From: Candidatus Eiseniibacteriota bacterium
GTDB taxonomy: Bacteria; Eisenbacteria; RBG-16-71-46; CAVPCR01
Reading direction: 5' to 3'
Assembly (NCBI GenBank): GCA_963702435.1
Contig: CAVPCR010000001.1
Span: 1,024,001 to 1,088,000, forward strand
DNA: 64,000 bases
Below the pieces are notes generated by a model. That model was given only the letters and a program-made list of their open reading frames with translations, ran no database searches and was not told the DNA's origin. Positions within the stretch are counted from its first letter, which is position 1. Every line of letters begins with the position of its first letter. A program made the translations under genes and the position numbers. Positions 58,351-64,000 of the stretch are shown here, one piece after another.

Positions 58351-58356
58351 ACCCGC

Positions 58357-60561
58357 TCAGGCGTCCTTGATGCTCAGGCTGATCCGGCGGCGATCGAGAT
58401 CGACCTCCAGGACGCGCACCTTGACCACCTGGCCGACGTGCAGCACGTCGGCCGGGTCGCGGACGAAGCGCGCGGCGATACGGCTCACGTGCACGAGGCC
58501 GTCCTGATGGACGCCGATGTCGACGAAGGCGCCGAAGGTCGTGATGTTCGTCACCGTGCCGTTCAGGATCAGGTCGGGGTGCAGGTCCTCGATCCTGTGC
58601 ACCCCCTCCTGGTACTCGACCGCCGCGAACTCCGCGCGCGGGTCGCGCCCCGGCTTCTCCAGCTCGCGGGCGATGTCGGTCAAGGTCAGGAGCCCGATCG
58701 TGTCGTCCGCGTAGCGGGAGAGGTCGATCGTGCCGACCGCCGCGCGATCGCCGACGAGCTCCGCGAGCGGCCGGCCGAGGTCGCCCGCGATCCGCTCGAC
58801 GAGGGCGTAGCGCTCCGGGTGCACGGCCGAATCGTCGAGCGGATGCCCGCCCTTGATGCGGAGGAATCCCGCGGCCTGCTCGAACGTCTTCTTCCCGAGG
58901 CCCGGGACCAGGAGCAACTGGGCGCGGCTCCGGAAGCACCCGTTCGCATCGCGCCAGGCGGCGATCTCCCTGGCGAGCTTCGCCGTGAGCCCGGACACGT
59001 AGCCGAGGAGTGAAGGGGATGCCGTTGCGAGATCCACCCCCACCTGGTTCACGCACGAGACGACCACATCGTTGAGCTTCTGCTTGAGGAGCCTCTGGTC
59101 CACGTCGTGCTGGTACTGCCCGACCCCGATCGACTTCGGGTCGATCTTGACCAGCTCGGCCAGGGAATCTTGAAATCGGCGGCCGATCGAGGCCGCCCCG
59201 CGCACCGTGACATCGTGATCGGGGAACTCTTCCCGCCCCACCTCGGAGGCGGAGTAGACCGAAGCGCCCGCCTCGCTCACGAGGACGGCGACGGCCTCGC
59301 GCTGCCGCTCACCGAGATAGGCGCGCAGGACGTCGAAGGTCTCGCGCCCGCCCGTTCCGTTGCCCACCGCCACCGCGGCGATATCGGGAAAGCGTGCAAA
59401 CCAGCGGTCGAGGGCCGCTCTAGTCCCCTTCACGTCGCGCTGCGGCTCGGTCGGATAGACGACGCCGTGATCGAGGAGCTGTCCCGTCGCACCGAGGACC
59501 GCCACCTTGCAGCCGGTCCGATGTCCCGGGTCGACCGCGAGCACCGGACGGCCGCCGAAGGGAGGCGCCATGAGGAGATCGCGCACGCTCCGCGCGAAGA
59601 CATCGATCGCCTCGCGATCCGCCCGCGTCTTGAGCTCCGCGATCACCTCCGCCTCGATCTGCGCCGAAAGCAGGCGATCGTAGGCGTCCTCGACCGCAGC
59701 GCGCATCTCGTCGTTCCAGATCGAGCCGTGCGGGGCGAGGACCATCCGGCAGAGGGCGGCCCTCGCCTCCTCCGGATCCGGCTGGATGCGGAACGTGAGA
59801 AAGCCCTCCTTTTGACCGCGAAGGATGGCGAGGATGCGATGGGACGGGATCTTCGCCACCGCATCCTGGTAGTCGTAGTAGTCGCTGAACTTGCTCTTCG
59901 TGTCCGCCTTCCCGCGGGCGGCCCTGGCGCGGACCAGGCCCTGGCGCGAGGTCAGGTCGCGGATGCGCGCGCGGTAAGCGGCCGTTTCGGTCACGCGCTC
60001 GGCGACGATGTCGCGCGCTCCCGCGAGCGCCTCCTCCACCGTCGCCACACCCTTCTCCGGGTCGACGAAGGCCCGGGCGAGCTCCGCGGGAGCGCCGGTC
60101 CGGTCCTTCTGCGCGAGCATGCGCTCGGCCAGCGGCTCGAGCCCCTTCTCGCGGGCGATCGTCGCGCGCGTCCGCCGCTTCGGGCGGTAGGGAAGATAGA
60201 GATCTTCCAGTTCCGCGCGGGTCGCCGCCCGCTCGATCGCCGCCCGGAGCTCCGGAGTCAGCGCCCCCTGACCTGCGATCGTCTCGAGGATGGTCCGCTT
60301 GCGCTCGAGAAGCTCGCGGTGGAACTCGAGCCGCTCCTGCGTGCGGACGATGACCGTGTCCTCCGCGCCACCCGTGGCCTCCTTCCGGTAGCGCGCGATG
60401 AAGGGGACGGTGCACCCCTCGTCGAGGAGACGGATGACGGCCGCAACGGAGGCGGGCGGAAGCTCCACCTCGCGCGCGATCCGGGAGACGAGCTCGGCAG
60501 CAAGTGCAGAGGCGGCGGCCGGGGGGACGGCAGCGGCGGCGGGCGACGGCATCGGCGACAC
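58357..60561 (-). CDS. tex: Tex/YhgF RNA-binding transcriptional accessory protein
   Basis: GCTVPFIARYRKE, LEDLYLPYRPKRRTRA, DPG.RTGCK, EAGASVYSAS, SIGVGQYQHDV, C-terminal S1 domain FGAFVDIG. Confidence 0.96.
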   Translation of the reverse strand: MSPMPSPAAAAVPPAAASALAAELVSRIAREVELPPASVAAVIRLLDEGCTVPFIARYRKEATGGAEDTVIVRTQERLEFHRELLERKRTILETIAGQGALTPELRAAIERAATRAELEDLYLPYRPKRRTRATIAREKGLEPLAERMLAQKDRTGAPAELARAFVDPEKGVATVEEALAGARDIVAERVTETAAYRARIRDLTSRQGLVRARAARGKADTKSKFSDYYDYQDAVAKIPSHRILAILRGQKEGFLTFRIQPDPEEARAALCRMVLAPHGSIWNDEMRAAVEDAYDRLLSAQIEAEVIAELKTRADREAIDVFARSVRDLLMAPPFGGRPVLAVDPGHRTGCKVAVLGATGQLLDHGVVYPTEPQRDVKGTRAALDRWFARFPDIAAVAVGNGTGGRETFDVLRAYLGERQREAVAVLVSEAGASVYSASEVGREEFPDHDVTVRGAASIGRRFQDSLAELVKIDPKSIGVGQYQHDVDQRLLKQKLNDVVVSCVNQVGVDLATASPSLLGYVSGLTAKLAREIAAWRDANGCFRSRAQLLLVPGLGKKTFEQAAGFLRIKGGHPLDDSAVHPERYALVERIAGDLGRPLAELVGDRAAVGTIDLSRYADDTIGLLTLTDIARELEKPGRDPRAEFAAVEYQEGVHRIEDLHPDLILNGTVTNITTFGAFVDIGVHQDGLVHVSRIAARFVRDPADVLHVGQVVKVRVLEVDLDRRRISLSIKDA

Positions 60562-60778
60562 TCTCCACCCTCATGGAAAGGACCCGGGAAACCCGGGTCC
60601 TCGGCAGCTCTCTTCCTGAGCGGCGACCTCCCGTCCGCGGGAGGCGGATGGCCGAAATCGTAACACGATCCCGGCACGTCAGCGTGTAAGGTCTGCGCGC
60701 GCGCGGTACCATTGACCAGTGGACGGGGCCACCCATCAGCCCCGAGAAGCCCCCGCAAGGCGGAAGGGGACCTCGAGC

Positions 60779-61621
60779 ATGAACCCTTGCCGGCGGTTGG
60801 TCGTCATCGGTCTGGCCTTCCTGGCTGCGTCCGGCGCTCAGTCGCCAGCCGCTGCCGCTCATGGCGCTCAGTCGGCCGTCGCTGTTGCACAGAACGCTCC
60901 GCCAGCCGCCGCTGCCGCTCAGAGCGCTCCGCCGGATAGCGCAGCAGCGCCTGCTCCGGAGTGGCAGTTCGAGTTCACGCCCTACCTGTGGCTCATCGGG
61001 CTCGACGGCAGCGTATCGATCGGCTCGCGGGAAGAGGAGTTTTCCGTCAGCTTCTCCGACCTCTTCGCGGCGCTGGAGCTCGGCTTGATGGGGGCGTTCG
61101 AGGCCCGCCGGGGACGGTGGGGATTGATCGCAGACGGGATGTACTTCGATCTCGGCCCGGCTGCGCCGAACACCGGCCCGGCCGGCGGGACGCTCGCAGT
61201 CGAGATCGTGGAGCAGCTCTACATGGCGGGCGGCCTCGTGCGGGTCCTGGATCGCTCCGGGGCCACCGTGGATCTGATCGTGGGAGCGCGCTACGTCAAC
61301 CTCGCAGTCGAGCTCGCCGCCCGTGGGGGCCTCTTGGACGGCGTGTCGCGGTCGGGCCGGCAGGAGTGGGTGGACGCAGTTGTCGGCGGACGCGGTAACT
61401 ACCCCTTCACGCGGCGCTGGAGCGCGATCGTCAACCTCGAGGTGGGCACCGGCGGCTCCGACTTCACCTGGCATGCGCTGGCAGGTGCGGACTTCAAAGT
61501 GACGAAGTCACTCATCGCTCGCGGGGGGTACCGCTACCTGTCCATTGACAGCGGGTCGGGCAGCGTCGACTTCGACCTGGGAATGGGCGGCTTCGTCCTC
61601 GGGTTGGGGATCCCATTCTGA
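60779..61621 (+). CDS. outer membrane beta-barrel protein
   Basis: Signal peptide, Ala/Pro-rich repeat linker, WQFEFTPYLW, amphipathic strands, GYRYL, terminal Phe. Confidence 0.75.
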   Translation: MNPCRRLVVIGLAFLAASGAQSPAAAAHGAQSAVAVAQNAPPAAAAAQSAPPDSAAAPAPEWQFEFTPYLWLIGLDGSVSIGSREEEFSVSFSDLFAALELGLMGAFEARRGRWGLIADGMYFDLGPAAPNTGPAGGTLAVEIVEQLYMAGGLVRVLDRSGATVDLIVGARYVNLAVELAARGGLLDGVSRSGRQEWVDAVVGGRGNYPFTRRWSAIVNLEVGTGGSDFTWHALAGADFKVTKSLIARGGYRYLSIDSGSGSVDFDLGMGGFVLGLGIPF

Positions 61622-61940
61622 GCACCGATCGGACACCACGACCGGCAGTTGGCATCATCACAGCGCATTGATGTCCACTGTGGCAACGCGCTCGATGTGG
61701 GCGCCCCTCCACCGGCCGAGACGTTGACCCCGAGACCACCTCGCGCCAGGCTTGTCAGACAGGAGCTAGGTGTCCGTGGACGCGGCTTGCGTTCGGCGAC
61801 ACCTGCGCGTGGAGGACGCCGCCCGACCCGCGCTTCGAGTTCGACTGACGGGAGAGGGCGGCGTGAGCCTGGGACGGCCGATCGATCCCCGAGGCGAGAG
61901 AGGCAGCCGGGGCGGCCTCTCCGCCATCGGCACAGGAGAG

Positions 61941-62570
61941 CTACTGGAACAGCGCCTTCACCTCGCCCCAGGTCGACGGCTCGACCGTCACCGCCGCCGA
62001 GATCGTCATCGACGTGAAGTCGATCCCCAAGACGACGTTGTCCGGGGCCACCCGCCACAACCCAAAGCCGAACCTATTCAGCCCGGTGAAGCCGTAGGTC
62101 CCGAGCGCGGCGAGGATGTCGAGCGAGCCGAGTGTGGTGCCCACATAGCCCAGATCCAGGTTGAACTGGATCGGCGTCTGCATCAGCGGGACGCCGCCGG
62201 GAGAGAGCGGGCTCGTCGAGACGAAGAACCCGTCGCTGACCGGGAAGCCGTCGACCAGTGTGAAGTACGGCGTCTCGCCGGGGGGGAACGGATTCAGCAA
62301 GCCCATGTTGAGGCCCGACGAGAATGCGAGCGCAAAGGACGGCTGTTCGATGACATAGCCGCGCGTGTCGCCGGGGATGCCCTCGACGAAGTTGTTGGAG
62401 TCGACCTGGAAGGTGACCGCTGCCTGTTCCCCCGCGACGATCGCGTTGAGCGGCGGGGTGGTGATTGTGTTGAACACGACCTGCCCGTTCGCGGTGACGG
62501 AGACCAGGTCGGCGTGGGCGCCGGTCGCCACCAGCATGGCTGTGACCAGGATCGTGAGCAGGAGCTTCAT
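61941..62570 (-). CDS. secreted hypothetical protein with C-terminal STWGEVKALF motif
   Basis: AAGGAGG RBS; signal MKLL...AHA-D; ends VTVEPSTWGEVKALFQ. Confidence 0.75.
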   Translation of the reverse strand: MKLLLTILVTAMLVATGAHADLVSVTANGQVVFNTITTPPLNAIVAGEQAAVTFQVDSNNFVEGIPGDTRGYVIEQPSFALAFSSGLNMGLLNPFPPGETPYFTLVDGFPVSDGFFVSTSPLSPGGVPLMQTPIQFNLDLGYVGTTLGSLDILAALGTYGFTGLNRFGFGLWRVAPDNVVLGIDFTSMTISAAVTVEPSTWGEVKALFQ

Positions 62571-62666
62571 GGTAGTTCTCCTCCTTGAGAAGTCGGTGTC
62601 AGCCCGTGGTAGAAGCTGGCAATGATCATAACATCAAGCGTAGGCACCGCCCGGCGCGGCCCCCGC

Positions 62667-64000
62667 TCACAGGTCCCGCCTCCCCTGCTTCCGCTCCTGC
62701 AGCAAGACCGTGCGGTCGGGGTCCATCTCGACGCGCTCGGGCTTGAAGTCGCAGGCGATCTCGCCTGAAGCCGGGGTCGTGCCGCGGAGCGCCACCGCCC
62801 CTCGCGACTCGCGGTAGTCGGCCTTTCCCTTCTCACCGGCGCTCGCGGCGACGACCAGGTCGAGATCCCCGCTCGTCCGGTTCGCGACCGTGAAGGCGAC
62901 GCGCCAGGCACCGCCGTCCGCTGCTGCGCGCCCGACCCGGGCGTAGTGCGGATCGGGAATCGCCTTCCCGAACACATACTGGGCGAAGAGCGGCGCCGTC
63001 TCCGGGTAGAGCTCGGTGAAGACCGCGCGCAGATCGGTCATGGTCGGATGATCGGCCTGGAACGAGAAGCGGCGGATGAACTCGCCGAGCCCGGCCAGCA
63101 TCCGCTCCTCGCCGAGCTTCCGGTGCAGCATGTAGAAGACGATGCCGCCGCGGTTGTAGCTCAAGGCCTCGTCGCCGCGCCGCGTCCCGTCGACGAGCGC
63201 GAGCGGCTGCTCCTCGTTGGCATCGCGCCGCCTGAGATAGCGATCCTCGTAGTCCTCGAACATCTGGTGGCGCTTCTCCTCGTCCTCGTAGCGCTCGGCC
63301 ATGAGGAGCGCCGAGTAGTTGGCGAGGCCCTCGGTGATGACGCCCGCACCCTTGGCGTGGCCGGGCCAGATGACGGTACCCCACCACTGGTGCGCCACTT
63401 CATGCGCCGTGACGTAGAAATTCAGGTTGGGACGCTCCTTCGAGTCGCGGGTCAGGAAGCCAATCCCCTCCGAGAAGGGGATGAGCGTCGGATAACCCAT
63501 GGCGAAGGTGGCGAGGCGCGGGAACTCGGCAATGCGGAGCTCTGCGTACGGGAATGGCGAGAAGGCCGTGGAGTAGGTCTCCCGCGATTTGACGAGGGCA
63601 TCCAGGATCTTCGGCGCGTTCTCGGCATGGGCGGCCGCGTAGTAGACGCCGTTGGCCCCCTCGCGCTGCATGTCCCAGCGACCGGCCATGATCGGGAAGA
63701 AGTAGATGGGGCCGTCGGACACGTACTCGAACTCGCGGCGCCCGCCCGTCAGATCCCGCTGCGCGACCAGGTTCCCGGCGGAGAGGACGTCTTCCCCGGC
63801 CGGCACGCGGATCCGCGCCCGGTACGGATAGGCGAAGGTCTGGCGCATGAGCCCCGGCGTCTGTCCGGCGCCGTCCGATTCCGGCAGCGGATCGCGCTTC
63901 GGCAGTTCGAACTTCCGGCGCGTGCGGTCGTTCCCGATCTCCATGTCCTCGGCATAGCCGACGATCGGGAGCCAGGGCAGCGCCGCGAACGAATGGAGGT
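62667..64000 (-). CDS. M1 family zinc aminopeptidase, C-terminal part (5' end outside the window)
   Basis: AHEVAHQWWG plus downstream TEGLANY (HExxH-x18-E); LRIAEFPR..FA..YP. Confidence 0.88.
   Translation of the reverse strand, partial: LHSFAALPWLPIVGYAEDMEIGNDRTRRKFELPKRDPLPESDGAGQTPGLMRQTFAYPYRARIRVPAGEDVLSAGNLVAQRDLTGGRREFEYVSDGPIYFFPIMAGRWDMQREGANGVYYAAAHAENAPKILDALVKSRETYSTAFSPFPYAELRIAEFPRLATFAMGYPTLIPFSEGIGFLTRDSKERPNLNFYVTAHEVAHQWWGTVIWPGHAKGAGVITEGLANYSALLMAERYEDEEKRHQMFEDYEDRYLRRRDANEEQPLALVDGTRRGDEALSYNRGGIVFYMLHRKLGEERMLAGLGEFIRRFSFQADHPTMTDLRAVFTELYPETAPLFAQYVFGKAIPDPHYARVGRAAADGGAWRVAFTVANRTSGDLDLVVAASAGEKGKADYRESRGAVALRGTTPASGEIACDFKPERVEMDPDRTVLLQERKQGRRDL

Overview
Very GC-rich bacterial chromosomal DNA with no recognisable rRNA, tRNA, transposase, integrase or cas gene. 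Six full-length secreted proteins and one broken remnant end in a FlgD-Ig/T9SS-like C-terminal domain (PNPF..T.I...YDV.GR.VRTL...WDG....GVYFYRL). Two others end in a different short motif, (E)xSTWGx(I/V)KxLF. Together these suggest an FCB-group candidate lineage such as Eisenbacteria, Latescibacterota or Krumholzibacteriota (inference). The secreted cargo includes a PhoX-like phosphatase, a giant gingipain(C25)-like protein that seems to lack the catalytic Cys, FG-GAP proteins, an alkaline-phosphatase-superfamily enzyme, an LVIVD-repeat protein, a two-CxxCH Reeler-like protein and a serpin. Other loci are a circularly permuted TrxR-like flavoprotein fused to a NapH-like membrane Fe-S domain, a run of 11 small accessory genes (17.8-25.8 kb), an ATP-dependent DNA ligase, two GT-C (TMTC-like and DUF2723/TMEM260-like) membrane proteins, a molybdopterin oxidoreductase, AmgK-RapZ plus MurU, bactofilin, cutA, an sdhA-C-D-B operon, tex and a partial M1 peptidase. 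Non-coding features include several tandem-repeat arrays, structured leaders and gene remnants. Several single-base frameshifts, including one in sdhA, look like long-read indel errors. All family calls come from motif recognition by eye; no database search was run.
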